A stretch of 64,000 nucleotides of DNA from Acidobacteriota bacterium (GCA_040005235.1 JBDTZG010000007.1:1-64000); one strand, 5' to 3'; counted from the first letter of the stretch, positions 1 to 12,597 are shown. The notes: a model not told the origin generated them from the sequence alone. Program-made: numbers and translations.

Positions 1-201
1 CACAGCCTTGCGACGTACCTGATGCCGCTGGACCGGTGGATCCGGATGCGTCTTCGCAGCATCCTGCGCCATCGTCACAAGCGCAAGGGGCGATCCCGAG
101 GACGGGACCACAACCGCTGGCCGAATGCCTTCTTTGCTGAGCAGGGGCTGTACTCCTTCACCACAGCCTTTGCCCAGGCTCGTCAGTCCTCTCGCAGGTA
201 A
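1..201 (+). CDS. ltrA: Group II intron reverse transcriptase/maturase, C-terminal end (partial, begins before window)
   Basis: Frame 1 translates to HSLATYLMPLDRWIRMRLRSILRHRHKRKGRSRGRDHNRWPNAFFAEQGLYSF...RR*, typical of a maturase domain X terminus. Not in the ORF track because the start is outside the window. No endonuclease domain follows. Confidence 0.88.
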   Translation, partial: HSLATYLMPLDRWIRMRLRSILRHRHKRKGRSRGRDHNRWPNAFFAEQGLYSFTTAFAQARQSSRR

Positions 202-295
202 GACCACCGACCGGAGAGCCGGATGCGGGAGATCCGCACGTCCGGTTCGGAGGGAGGGGGGGGCCGGGAACTCAACCGGCTCTCCCTACCCCTAT
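1..295 (+). mobile_element. Group II intron, 3' part (ORF end, domain V, domain VI, 3' splice site)
   Basis: Domain V GAGCCGGATGCGGGAGATCCGCACGTCCGGTTC at 216-248 with AGC triad. Domain VI GGAGGGAGGGG...CTCCCTACCCCTAT has a bulged A and ends in AT at 295. Confidence 0.9.
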
Positions 296-328
296 AAAAT
301 CGTCGGTCACCGGGGCTCGCGTGAGATC

Positions 329-1663
329 CTACCTTGGGGTCGTCAGCTCGATCGGCGCGGCACCGGCGTCCACGCAGTGCGGCCCGCTGCTCGGCTGCGG
401 TGGATTCAGCCTCGCAGCAAAGGCGTTGGGCGTTCCGCGGATCTCGTCGAGGCGCTCGTTCCACCGCACGACCTCCTCGAACGGGATGTCGTTGCGCCGT
501 CGGGTGAAGCTGATCAGGTTGTCGATCTCGGCCAGCGTCTTCTTGGCGGTGATGCCGGCCTTGCCCTGCTCCAGGAAGGCGACGATGGCATCCTTCTCGT
601 CGGCGTTGTTGAGCGACACCACGGCGGGGCTCCAGGCATAGGCGAGGTTCACCGCGTCGGTGTCGGGCACGTGGCCTTGCGCCACCATGTACTCCAGGAA
701 GTCGAAGACGTGGAAAACGTTGTAGATCGTCGTCGTGTACTGGATGTCGTAGATGACGCGGGTGTCCTTGAGCGGATAGGGATTGGCGGCCGAGTACTTC
801 ATCGGATTGGCGAAGGTCTTGACGAACTTAAGGTTGCGGAAGAAATCGTCGTGCCGGAACCCCGTGCGCTGGTACTCGCCCACGGTGCCGAACCCGTCGC
901 AGGAGATCGACAGTTTCACCAGCCGGAAACCCTTCCATAGGTCGACGAACTGCACACCGTGGTGGTCCATCGCCGAGAGGTTCGTGCTGTAGAAGACCGA
1001 GATTTCTTCCTTCCTGCCGCTCTCGTGGAGCCAGGTGAGGAGCCGGAAGTGGTCCGGCATGAGCAGCGGCTCGCCGCCGGCGAAGTAGACGGACTTGACG
1101 CCGCCCAGGTACGGAATCAGATGCTCCACCGTGTTCTCGGGCAGCCGGATCAGCTTCGGCTGCGGCGCCTGCTCGGTCTCGGGGCCCACCATCTGCAGCT
1201 CGTCCTCGTACCACTTGGAGGAGTAGTGGTGGTTGCACATCCGGCACTTCTGGTTGCACAGGTTGGAGAACCGGATGTCGAGGAACTGGATGTCGACGGT
1301 GAGAGTTCCGTCGGGCTCGGGAAGCCCGAAGTCATATTCAGGCTTCTTGAGGAGCTGCCCGGCCTCGCGGCTCGCCTCTTCGTCGACCGGCAGTAAGCGC
1401 GGGCTGACCTCGCCGCGGTCCTCCCGCTCGTAGCACACCTCGCAGACCGGGTTGCGCTCTCCCGCCAGCATGTCGCGGCGGAGCTGCCGCATCGGCTCGG
1501 AGTTCCAGACCTCCTCGACCGAGCGGTCCTTGAGGTTCAGCTTCCCGGGGAAGAACCCCGCGATGCAGCACGGTCTGACCTCGCCGTCCGTTTCGGCGAA
1601 GAGGTGCACGAAGGGCCGATCGCAGAGCGTGTTCGATCGCTTGATCTCGGGGCTGTCGGACAT
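329..1663 (-). CDS. Radical SAM protein with N-terminal twitch/SPASM-like domain
   Basis: N-terminal CDRPF...GEVRPCC...EVWNS...CEVC, followed by the CNQKCRMC radical SAM motif and FAGGEPLL. Confidence 0.85.
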   Translation of the reverse strand: MSDSPEIKRSNTLCDRPFVHLFAETDGEVRPCCIAGFFPGKLNLKDRSVEEVWNSEPMRQLRRDMLAGERNPVCEVCYEREDRGEVSPRLLPVDEEASREAGQLLKKPEYDFGLPEPDGTLTVDIQFLDIRFSNLCNQKCRMCNHHYSSKWYEDELQMVGPETEQAPQPKLIRLPENTVEHLIPYLGGVKSVYFAGGEPLLMPDHFRLLTWLHESGRKEEISVFYSTNLSAMDHHGVQFVDLWKGFRLVKLSISCDGFGTVGEYQRTGFRHDDFFRNLKFVKTFANPMKYSAANPYPLKDTRVIYDIQYTTTIYNVFHVFDFLEYMVAQGHVPDTDAVNLAYAWSPAVVSLNNADEKDAIVAFLEQGKAGITAKKTLAEIDNLISFTRRRNDIPFEEVVRWNERLDEIRGTPNAFAARLNPPQPSSGPHCVDAGAAPIELTTPR

Positions 1664-1783
1664 CAGGTCACTTTAGGCTTTTTTCTTGCAGCGTGTCGAT
1701 TTCGCGGAGTTTCGCTCGACGTCCTGGTAGAGCCGGAGCTTGAAGCCTGGCTCCCAACCGACAAACCCAAAGGAGAAAAGCCC

Positions 1784-2209
1784 ATGCGCGTAATGGTGAT
1801 GGTTAAAGCGACCCAGGATTCCGAAGCCGGCATCATGCCCTCCGAGCAGCTTCTCACTGAGATGGGCGCGTACAACGAAGAGCTGGTGAAAGCGGGCATT
1901 ATGCTCGCGGGCGAGGGGCTGCACCCCAGCTCGAAGGGCGCGCGGGTGAGGTTTTCCGGCGACCAGCGGACGGTGATCGACGGGCCGTTTGCCGAGACCA
2001 AGGAGTTGGTGGCCGGTTATTGGCTCTGGCAGGTGCGGTCGATGGAAGAGGCGATCGAGTGGTTGAAGCGCTGCCCGAACCCGATGCCGGGCGAGTCCGA
2101 GATCGAGATCCGGCCGGTGTTCGAGGCGGAGGATTTCGGCGCGGAGTACACCCCCGAGCTGCGTGAACAGGAGGAGCGCCAGCGGGCGGCGATCGAAGCG
2201 CGGAAGTAG
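1784..2209 (+). CDS. YciI/DGPF-family protein
   Basis: AAGGAG RBS before ATG 1784. Motifs GEGLHPS, VIDGPFAETKELVAGYW and EIRP. Confidence 0.9.
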   Translation: MRVMVMVKATQDSEAGIMPSEQLLTEMGAYNEELVKAGIMLAGEGLHPSSKGARVRFSGDQRTVIDGPFAETKELVAGYWLWQVRSMEEAIEWLKRCPNPMPGESEIEIRPVFEAEDFGAEYTPELREQEERQRAAIEARK

Positions 2210-2269
2210 CGGAAGTAACGGCCGGAGGCACCCCCTCCTTGCGTCGCGGGACCCGGGGTGGTGTGATCG

Positions 2270-3505
2270 GTGGCCATGGCGGCCACCGACACCTTGAATC
2301 TCCCGAACGCCGCGCCCCGGCCGCTCGATGGCATCCGCGTGCTCGAAATGGGCCAGCTGATGGCCGGGCCGTTCGCGGCCACGGTGCTCGCCTATTTCGG
2401 TGCCGAGGTGATCAAGATCGAACCGCCGGGCGAGGGCGACCCGATCCGCACCTGGCGCGTGCTCGACCAGGGAACCTCGCTCTGGTGGTATTCGCTCGGC
2501 CGCAACAAGAAATGCGTGACGCTCGACCTCCGGCAGGAGGAGGGCCGCGACCTCGCACGCCGGCTCATCTCCGACGTGGATGTCCTGATCGAAAACTTCA
2601 AGCCCGGCACGCTTGAAAAATGGGGGCTCGCTCCCGACGAGCTGCGCCGCAGCCACCCGCAACTGTTGATCGCACGGGTTTCCGGCTACGGCCAGACCGG
2701 ACCGTATTCGCTATATCCCGGTTATGCCTCGGTCTGCGAAGGGGTGGGCGGCCTGCGCTACGTGAACGGCCTGCCGGGCGAGGTTCCGATGCGGCCGAAC
2801 CTGTCGCTCGGCGACACCCTCGCCGGGCTCCACGCCGCGCTCGGCATCGCCCTCGCGCTGCTCGACCGCCAGCGGCGAAAGCCGGCGACGGGGCAGACCG
2901 TGGACGTGGCGATCACCGAGTCGGTGTTCAACTGCCTCGAAGCCGTGGTCCCCGAATTCGACCGCTTCGGCCTGATCCGCGCCCCCTCGGGCTCGACCAT
3001 CACCGGCATCGTGCCGAGCAACGCCTATCCGACCCGCGACGGCCGGCACGTGATCCTCGGCGCGAACGGCGAATCGAACTACAAACGGCTGATGCAGGCG
3101 ATCGGCCGCGACGACCTCGGCCTCGACCTCCAGCTCCGGACCAACGCCGGCCGGGTCACCCATATCGCGGAAATCGACGCCGCAATCGCCGCCTGGACGA
3201 GACAACACACGGCCGATGAGGTGATCGCCGCGATGCGAACGGCCGACGTGCCCGCCGGCTCGATCTATAGCGTGGCCGATATGTTCGCCGACCCGCAATA
3301 CCTCGCCCGCGACCTGTTCGAAACGGTCGACACCCCCACCGGGCCGCTCAAAATTCCGGCGATCCTCCCCAAGCTCAACGACACCCCCGGCCGAACCGAA
3401 TGGGCCGGTCCGGCGCTCGGCGCGCACAACCGGGAGATCCTCGGCGGCCGGTTGGGGTTGAGCGATGCGGACCTCGCGGATTTGGCGGCGCGTGGGGTGA
3501 TTTGA
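2270..3505 (+). CDS. CaiB/BaiF family III CoA-transferase
   Basis: PLDGIRVLE, AGPFA, GAEVIKIEPPGEGDP, RNKK, ENFKPG, SGYGQTGP. Confidence 0.93.
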   Translation: MAMAATDTLNLPNAAPRPLDGIRVLEMGQLMAGPFAATVLAYFGAEVIKIEPPGEGDPIRTWRVLDQGTSLWWYSLGRNKKCVTLDLRQEEGRDLARRLISDVDVLIENFKPGTLEKWGLAPDELRRSHPQLLIARVSGYGQTGPYSLYPGYASVCEGVGGLRYVNGLPGEVPMRPNLSLGDTLAGLHAALGIALALLDRQRRKPATGQTVDVAITESVFNCLEAVVPEFDRFGLIRAPSGSTITGIVPSNAYPTRDGRHVILGANGESNYKRLMQAIGRDDLGLDLQLRTNAGRVTHIAEIDAAIAAWTRQHTADEVIAAMRTADVPAGSIYSVADMFADPQYLARDLFETVDTPTGPLKIPAILPKLNDTPGRTEWAGPALGAHNREILGGRLGLSDADLADLAARGVI

Positions 3506-3562
3506 GGGCGACCGCCTCCCAGAACCGTTCCCCGCCGGAAACGAGCCGGGATGACGGGGATT

Positions 3563-4687
3563 CTAACCTCCTCCACCGATCGGGTGAGGCGAAGCGGCGG
3601 CCCCCCCCAGGTCCCGTTGGAGGGTTGTGGTTCCCGAGGCGACTTTTGACGCAAACCGCTGCAAGAAGAGGTCCAAGAAGCTATCGATACCATAGCCGAG
3701 CAGAAACGCGGTCTTCCAGTCGATAGGTTTGTCCGTCGAATAGGCCAGAAGCAGAAAACCTATCCACAGGGAGATAGCCACTTTGAGAAAGGAAATCTCC
3801 TGTACGTGAATTTGCAGGACCCAATCCTGTAGCCCGGACGTGTTCGCCTTGCTGGCTCGGTCCATCTTCAAAAAATCGACCAAGACATGAGCCACCGCTC
3901 CGACCAGGACGAGCGCATAGCCCTGCATGAGACTCGATAGACTCTTTTCGCTCGTACAAATGATCATTCCAAACCAACAGGATGCCCAGACCGCAACGAA
4001 ACCGAAGAGAGCCGCGCTTAAGATCAACCATAGGCTCAAAGTACGCCGCAGCGAGGTCTCTGCCGCCTTGAATATCAACCCATCGCTTAGCGAGACGACG
4101 CCCTTCACCACCGCGGGGTGGGAGTGGATGTAGCGTAGGATAAAAAGCCGATCCTCTATCTCGGGCAATTCGTCGGCAAAGCTTGCGTGAAAGTCGAGAG
4201 CCCCGCCTATCCTCAATTGACTGAGATGCTGTCGGACTCGGTTGGGGATTGTGAGCATCCCACACCAGAGCACGACGCTTTTGAGCTCTTGGGTGATCGC
4301 CGTGAAGTTTTGGAGTGCTTGTTCCGTATCGTCGCCGCTCGTAGGCCAACTCAAAGTAGCACGCTGCCAAGCATTCTCGATGTTGGCGACCGGATCCCCG
4401 TAGAGATCATAAATCTTGACGTACTTGTCCAGCATGCTTCGAACCTCTCGCAGCCGAGATTCGATCTGCCCCCTATTGTCGCGAAAGATTTTTTCATTCC
4501 TCTGGATCGCCGCTTTTACTGCTTGGTCGCGGTTGCTCGGCTCGGCTTGTTCGCTCTTCGCCTTGACCTCGACGGCTATCCTCTGGATGTTCTGGATTTC
4601 CGCCCGTAAATCTCTGATTCTGCCGAATAAGGCTAGGTGCTCATCGGTTATTTCTATGCCGAAAGAGTTCCGGGATTTTTCCGACAT
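3563..4687 (-). CDS. Hypothetical protein with helical N-terminus and about 4 C-terminal TM helices
   Basis: 374-aa ORF with AGGAG RBS. Visibly lower GC than its flanks. Hydrophobic segments in the C-terminal third. Confidence 0.7.
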   Translation of the reverse strand: MSEKSRNSFGIEITDEHLALFGRIRDLRAEIQNIQRIAVEVKAKSEQAEPSNRDQAVKAAIQRNEKIFRDNRGQIESRLREVRSMLDKYVKIYDLYGDPVANIENAWQRATLSWPTSGDDTEQALQNFTAITQELKSVVLWCGMLTIPNRVRQHLSQLRIGGALDFHASFADELPEIEDRLFILRYIHSHPAVVKGVVSLSDGLIFKAAETSLRRTLSLWLILSAALFGFVAVWASCWFGMIICTSEKSLSSLMQGYALVLVGAVAHVLVDFLKMDRASKANTSGLQDWVLQIHVQEISFLKVAISLWIGFLLLAYSTDKPIDWKTAFLLGYGIDSFLDLFLQRFASKVASGTTTLQRDLGGAAASPHPIGGGG

Positions 4688-5105
4688 CGCTTTCTCCTAG
4701 GTCCATTCGTTCGCACTCTCCCTGTGGGTTGGACGGACCTGCCAAAAGAATTCCCCAAGCTCTCGATGACTGGTCACGTCACCTACGGGGACTCCAACGC
4801 CCGGGCAAAGCGGCGGATCGTCGGGCCGACCAGCGGTCGATAGAGGTAAAGCAAGACGATTCCCGGCACGCCACGTCCCCGGTCTTCGAGGGCGATTCGC
4901 GCCCGCGGGTGGCCGCGGCTCGCGCGGGAACCGGTGGGCGACTTGGCTCAAGCCGAAACGCGGAAACTTTTCGATCGCTCGCTGTCTTGGGGGCAGGTTC
5001 GTTGGTGGGGTCAAAGTTCTTTCCCCCGTGACGGAGTTTCTCCACTTCCTCCGCTGATCCAAGTGAGGCCGGGATGAGCCCGGCTTCGACAAGGAGAATC
5101 GGATC

Positions 5106-5540
5106 ATGCGTGGAACGCTCAAGGCTCTTTCTTTCGGACTCATTCTCGTCGGCGGCGCAGCTCTCGCCGCTCGCCCGGCGCAGGCTGTCAACTATTGGCC
5201 CACCGCAAGCCCGTATGCCTGCACCTGGTCGAAACCGAACGCGTCGAACCCCAACGTCATCGACCACGGCGTCTCGACGATCAAGTTCGTCAACATGGTC
5301 GGCGCGGGACCATACGGCGCCGACTACCAGCGCGCCGGGCGGCTCCAAACGACCTATCCGGGCGGCGCGGTGAGCGACGTCGGCGTCAACCTCTGGTGGG
5401 ATTGGTCGGTGGGGGAGAACATCTTCAATCCGCTCCTGACCGACACCGGGGTTCAGTGCCGCCTGCGGACCTCGAACCTCGGCCACACCCTGGTGATCGA
5501 TCTCTGCAACAACGGCGCGGTCCAGAACTGCACCCAGTAG
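5106..5540 (+). CDS. Secreted hypothetical protein
   Basis: AAGGAG RBS, signal peptide ending AQA, four Cys in the mature part, high-GC3 codon usage. Confidence 0.75.
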   Translation: MRGTLKALSFGLILVGGAALAARPAQAVNYWPTASPYACTWSKPNASNPNVIDHGVSTIKFVNMVGAGPYGADYQRAGRLQTTYPGGAVSDVGVNLWWDWSVGENIFNPLLTDTGVQCRLRTSNLGHTLVIDLCNNGAVQNCTQ

Positions 5541-5548
5541 GCCAGATT

Positions 5549-8346
<2,798 letters not shown>

Positions 8347-8350
<4 letters not shown>

Positions 8351-8967
8351 GTCGGAAGCCTGGCGCCCGCCTCGGCCAGCTCGCCTTTAAGCCACGCCCG
8401 CGCCGCGCGCCAATCGCGGGTCACGGTCGCCTCCGACACTTCCAGCACGGCGGCGGTTTCGTCGAGCGTCATGCCGCCGAAGAAGCGCAACTCGACGATC
8501 CTCGCCTGCCGCGCATCGAGGGCGGAAAGCCGTTCGAGCGCCGCATCGAGCGCCAGCACGTCGGCCGCCTCGCCACCCCCTCCCGGTTCGGCCACCCGGT
8601 CCAGCTCGCCCGGTTCCAGCTCCGCGCGTAAGCCCTTGGGCGGCCGACGCCCGGCCTGCGCGCGTCGCGCGCCGTCGACCAGAACCCGCCGTATGGTCTG
8701 AGTGGCGATCGCGAAGAAATGATGGCGGTCGTGGATTTCCAGCGGCCGACGGCCGAACAGGCGGAGGTAGACCTCGTGTACGAGCTCGGTGGTCTGGAAG
8801 GTATGCCCGGGGGATTCGCGGCGCATCTGGCGCGAGGCCAGGCGTTTCATCTCGGCATAAATCAGCGGCAGGAGGTCTTCGAGCGCGCGAGCGTCGCCCG
8901 CCCGCCACTGCTCGAACAGTTGGGAGATCGGTTCGGCGGGAGGGTGCGGGCTCACTAAATCGGCCAT
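8347..8967 (-). CDS. ECF sigma factor, kinase-associated (ECF43-like)
   Basis: W..GD..AL..L.P.IY.E, HTFQTTELVHEVYLRL, ELRFFGGMT..E.A..L.VS..TV.RDW. ATGA overlap with the kinase gene. Confidence 0.92.
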
Positions 8968-9101
8968 CGATGGCCCTCGTGGGTCGGTTCGGGCCGATTT
9001 TGACAGATCGAGGTGAGGGACGGGGGCAGGCAGTAGTGGGATAGGCCTGAGTTGCCGTCGATTCGCTGCTGCGCTAGGGTCCGCAGAGAGGAGGCATAGC
9101 T

Positions 9102-9410
9102 ATGACGGCCTTTCAGCTGGAGGATTCCCGAGGGTTCGAGGCGGCAATCTCGGAGGCTCAAGAGGCGCCAGTTCTGCTGGAGCGCTCGGGTCGTCCCGTC
9201 GCAGTCCTCCTTTCGGTGGAGGAGTACTCAGCCCTTGCCGAAGAGCGGCTGGATAACGAGGCCTACGATCGGCACTTCGGCTCCTTCGAGCGCGGCGAGG
9301 CTCACTTTCTCTCCAACGCGGACTGGCAGGCGATTCGCGAAGGCACCTACGAGTATCCTGATCTGCCGTCGGACGATCTAGCGATTCCACACGACTGCGT
9401 ACGGGCCTGA
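9102..9410 (+). CDS. Phd/YefM-family antitoxin-like protein (no adjacent toxin)
   Basis: GAGG RBS and PVLLERSGRPVAVLLSVEEY motif. Confidence 0.75.
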   Translation: MTAFQLEDSRGFEAAISEAQEAPVLLERSGRPVAVLLSVEEYSALAEERLDNEAYDRHFGSFERGEAHFLSNADWQAIREGTYEYPDLPSDDLAIPHDCVRA

Positions 9411-9581
9411 GTCTCCTGCTCTCCTTTTCGAGGCCCAGTAGTGGCTCCCTCAATTCAGTAAAACTCGGCATTCAATGATAACATGTCAAGCTCATGATGG
9501 TCTGAGAGCGCCCGAGCCGGCATGCTTCTGGCTCAATTTCAAGTCGGGGCTGGCCCAGTGTAGCGACTAGAGAATGGGAAG

Positions 9582-11510
9582 ATGAAGATAGCGTCGATCC
9601 GAATCAAGAATTTCCGCGCCTTCTCGGACATAGAAGTAACCTTCAATAACTATACCTGCCTGGTAGGGCCAAATGGGGTAGGCAAATCCACGATCCTTAG
9701 CGCGCTCAACGTATTTTTTAGGGAAATTGAAGCAATTGGTGGAGGCGCCAGTCAGTTGTCGGCGCAAGATTTCTATCAGATGAATACCTCAGAGCCAATC
9801 GAGATAACCATTGTCTTTACTGGACTCAGCGAGGCTGCGCAGGCAGACTTCTCAGCGTATTGTCGGCACGACAAGTTAGTCATTTCCGCGCTGGCAACGT
9901 TGAACGATAAAACAAGCAAGGGGGAGATTCGGCAATTTGGGCAGCGGTTCGTCATTACAGACTTTGCGCCGTATTTTCGAGCGCTGGACGACAAGATGTC
10001 GGTTTCAAATTTGAAACAGATCTACGCCTCCATCAGGGCGGACTACAGTAATCTGCCGAATGTCCTCACAAAGAGAGAAATGGAACTAGCTCTTCGGAGC
10101 TATGAACAACAGAACGAAGATCAGTGCTCGCTTGTTCGGAGCGACGATCAATTCTATGGTTTTTCACGGGGCACGAACTTGTTGGAGAAATATGTTCAGT
10201 GGGTTTTTGTCCCCGCAGTGAAGGACGCCGTGAGCGAAGAGTCAGAAGGGAAAAGCAATGCACTTGCGAAGCTTCTGGGGCGGTCTGTCCGGTCCAATGT
10301 CAATTTTACCGACGGCATAAGCCGCCTTCGTGCCGATGTCCAGGTGCACTACCGGGGACTACTTGATCAAGGCCAGAGCGCACTGGACGATATATCACTC
10401 TCGCTTGCGGCCAGGTTAGCAGAGTGGTCTCATCCAGATGCCGGATTGAAGCTGCGGTGGAGTCAGGATTTCGACAAATGTATTCGGATTGAGGAGCCAT
10501 TTGCGCGCATTGTTGCCAGCGAAGGAGGGTTCGAAGGCGATCTGGGACGATTCGGGCATGGGCTTCAGCGGTCGTACATCCTAGCGCTACTGCAGGAATT
10601 GATGACAATTGGTGACGTTGGTGCGCCACGGCTGATCCTTGGTTGCGAAGAACCAGAACTATATCAGCATCCGCCTCAGGCTCGCCATCTTTCGGCGGTC
10701 ATGCAAAAACTTAGCGCAAACGGGTCGCAGGTGATCGTCTCGACGCATCATCCTGTCTTTGTATCGGGCGAGGATTTCGAGGATGTGCGGGTGGTTCGTC
10801 GAGACAGAGCGAGTCGTTCCTCTACCGTGATCCAGTCGACCTACGCAGACATTTCTCGGTTACTTGCCGATGCGACTGGTGAAGTGCCCAGGAAGCCGGC
10901 GGGGATTCTCGCTACTGTACATCAAGCCCTACAGACCTCGCTCAGCGAGATGTTCTTCACTCCGAAGTTGGTCCTCGTTGAGGGCCTGGAGGATGTCGCC
11001 TACATTACGACATACTTGAACCTGATGGAGAAGTGGGATGACTTCCGGCGATTTGGTTGCCATACAGTTCCAGTTGGTGGGAAGAGCCAGATGGTTCAGG
11101 CGATTGCGATTGCCAAAAGTTTTACGATTCCCTTCTACGCAGTATTCGACTCCGATAGCGACAAGGAGGACCAAGGTGGCAGCAGAAATAAGCACGAAAA
11201 GGACAACCGTGCACTGCTAACATTGCTTGGCCAGCCAAAGGAAGATTCTATGCCTACGGCCACGCTATGGGGGGATAATTTTGTTGCTTGGAACTCCGAT
11301 ATCTTTGCCATCGTAAGGGCTGACGTTACCAACGGCGCCTGGATCCGCGCACAGGAGCGTGCGGATCAGGATTGCGGACATGGAGGTGGACTGAGAAAGA
11401 ATACTCTGCATATTGGTTCGAGACTCACATATCTCTGGCAGGAAGGACAGCGCTCGTCCAGCCTCGAGAAGCTCTGTGGCAAGCTTCTGGAATTTGGTGG
11501 GCGAGCTTAG
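9582..11510 (+). CDS. OLD-family ATP-dependent endonuclease (ABC ATPase + TOPRIM)
   Basis: IKNFR, Walker A GPNGVGKS, GHGLQR signature, EEPELYQHP, STHHP; TOPRIM LVEGLED and FDSD. Lower GC than flanks. Confidence 0.9.
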   Translation: MKIASIRIKNFRAFSDIEVTFNNYTCLVGPNGVGKSTILSALNVFFREIEAIGGGASQLSAQDFYQMNTSEPIEITIVFTGLSEAAQADFSAYCRHDKLVISALATLNDKTSKGEIRQFGQRFVITDFAPYFRALDDKMSVSNLKQIYASIRADYSNLPNVLTKREMELALRSYEQQNEDQCSLVRSDDQFYGFSRGTNLLEKYVQWVFVPAVKDAVSEESEGKSNALAKLLGRSVRSNVNFTDGISRLRADVQVHYRGLLDQGQSALDDISLSLAARLAEWSHPDAGLKLRWSQDFDKCIRIEEPFARIVASEGGFEGDLGRFGHGLQRSYILALLQELMTIGDVGAPRLILGCEEPELYQHPPQARHLSAVMQKLSANGSQVIVSTHHPVFVSGEDFEDVRVVRRDRASRSSTVIQSTYADISRLLADATGEVPRKPAGILATVHQALQTSLSEMFFTPKLVLVEGLEDVAYITTYLNLMEKWDDFRRFGCHTVPVGGKSQMVQAIAIAKSFTIPFYAVFDSDSDKEDQGGSRNKHEKDNRALLTLLGQPKEDSMPTATLWGDNFVAWNSDIFAIVRADVTNGAWIRAQERADQDCGHGGGLRKNTLHIGSRLTYLWQEGQRSSSLEKLCGKLLEFGGRA

Positions 11511-11571
11511 GCAGGTACTTTTTGACGCATCAATTTATCCACAAACAGAGATCTGGGAAAAGGAGAAAGAG

Positions 11572-11799
11572 ATGGAAAGGTACGGCAATTTGGGAGGCGA
11601 TTCCGGTATAGGAGCGTATGAGTGTGGTCCGGATTTTATCCGAGTACAATTTGGCGATGGATCCGTCTACCTTTACACCTATGCCAGCGCGGGGCAGAGC
11701 AATATTGAACACATGAAGCAGCTTGCCCGAGCTGGGAACGGCCTCAATTCGTTCATTAACAGATCAGTGCGTAATGCCTACGAAAGGAAGGAGCATTAG
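11572..11799 (+). CDS. Small KTSC-like protein
   Basis: AAGGAG RBS. MERYGNLGGDSGIGAYECGPDFIRVQFGDGSVYLY...GNGLNSFINR resembles a KTSC fold (by eye). Confidence 0.7.
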   Translation: MERYGNLGGDSGIGAYECGPDFIRVQFGDGSVYLYTYASAGQSNIEHMKQLARAGNGLNSFINRSVRNAYERKEH

Positions 11800-11935
11800 G
11801 TTCCAGGTGGGCTGGCTCTGAGTTGGGTCTCGGGGTGGCCTTCGACGTGATGTGCAGCGGCGCCGCCTCTCTTGCAGAGACGACGCCTTGCCTTTAGAAG
11901 CACGGGGTGTGTATAGTTAGGTGTACGGAGGGGCC

Positions 11936-12136
11936 ATGAGAACCAACATCGTGCTGGACGACGATCTGATCGACGAGGCGCTCCGCCTTAGCGGAATCAA
12001 GACGAAGAAGGATCTCGTTCACGAGGCTCTTCGTGTGTTTGTCGCCTCGCAGAAGCGAAAGAGCCTCGCGGATCTCAGGGGCAAGATCCGGTTTGCGCCC
12101 GGCTACGACCACAAGGCGCACCGGATCGAGTCGTGA
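11936..12136 (+). CDS. vapB: VapB-family antitoxin
   Basis: MRTNIVLDDDLIDEA...TKKDLVHEALR; overlaps the PIN gene by GTGA. Confidence 0.9.
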   Translation: MRTNIVLDDDLIDEALRLSGIKTKKDLVHEALRVFVASQKRKSLADLRGKIRFAPGYDHKAHRIES

Positions 12137-12534
12137 TCCTGGTCGACACTTCGGTATTGATCGGCTATCTGCGGGGACATAAGTCGCCGACCCTCGACCT
12201 TTTCGATCAGATCGAGCGCGAGCAGGTTCCGTTCGCTTTGCCTGTCGTCTGCTTCCAGGAGGTTCTTCAAGGGGCGCGCGATGAAAAAGAATGGCGCCTC
12301 TTGGAGGACTACCTCGGCGGCCTCGAAATGGTGTCGGAGGCCGATCCGCAAGCCAGCCACAGAGAGGCGGCCCGGATATACTTCGATTGCCGGCGCAAAG
12401 GGATTACCCTCCGCAGCACGATCGACTGCCTGATCGCTCAAATCGCGCTGGAACAAGGCGCGACCCTCCTGCATGACGACACGGACTTCGAGTTGATCCG
12501 CAAGGTTCGGCCACTTCAAACCCTTCACGGCTAG
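12133..12534 (+). CDS. vapC: VapC PIN-domain toxin
   Basis: ILVDTSVLI, EVLQG, STIDCLIA, LLHDDTDF. Confidence 0.93.
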   Translation: MILVDTSVLIGYLRGHKSPTLDLFDQIEREQVPFALPVVCFQEVLQGARDEKEWRLLEDYLGGLEMVSEADPQASHREAARIYFDCRRKGITLRSTIDCLIAQIALEQGATLLHDDTDFELIRKVRPLQTLHG

Positions 12535-12597
12535 ACGTCTCGCGATTCCCCTCGAGCCGAATCTAGCCGGTCCAAACAAACCGGCGGCGTTTGAAAT

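Noticed and set aside
210-295. Class C (IIC) intron assignment
   Set aside because: Domain V has an AGC triad, not the CGC typical of IIC introns; the class is left unassigned.
9582-11510. Gabija or retron assignment for the OLD nuclease
   Set aside because: No UvrD-like GajB and no adjacent RT; the RT at the window start belongs to a group II intron.
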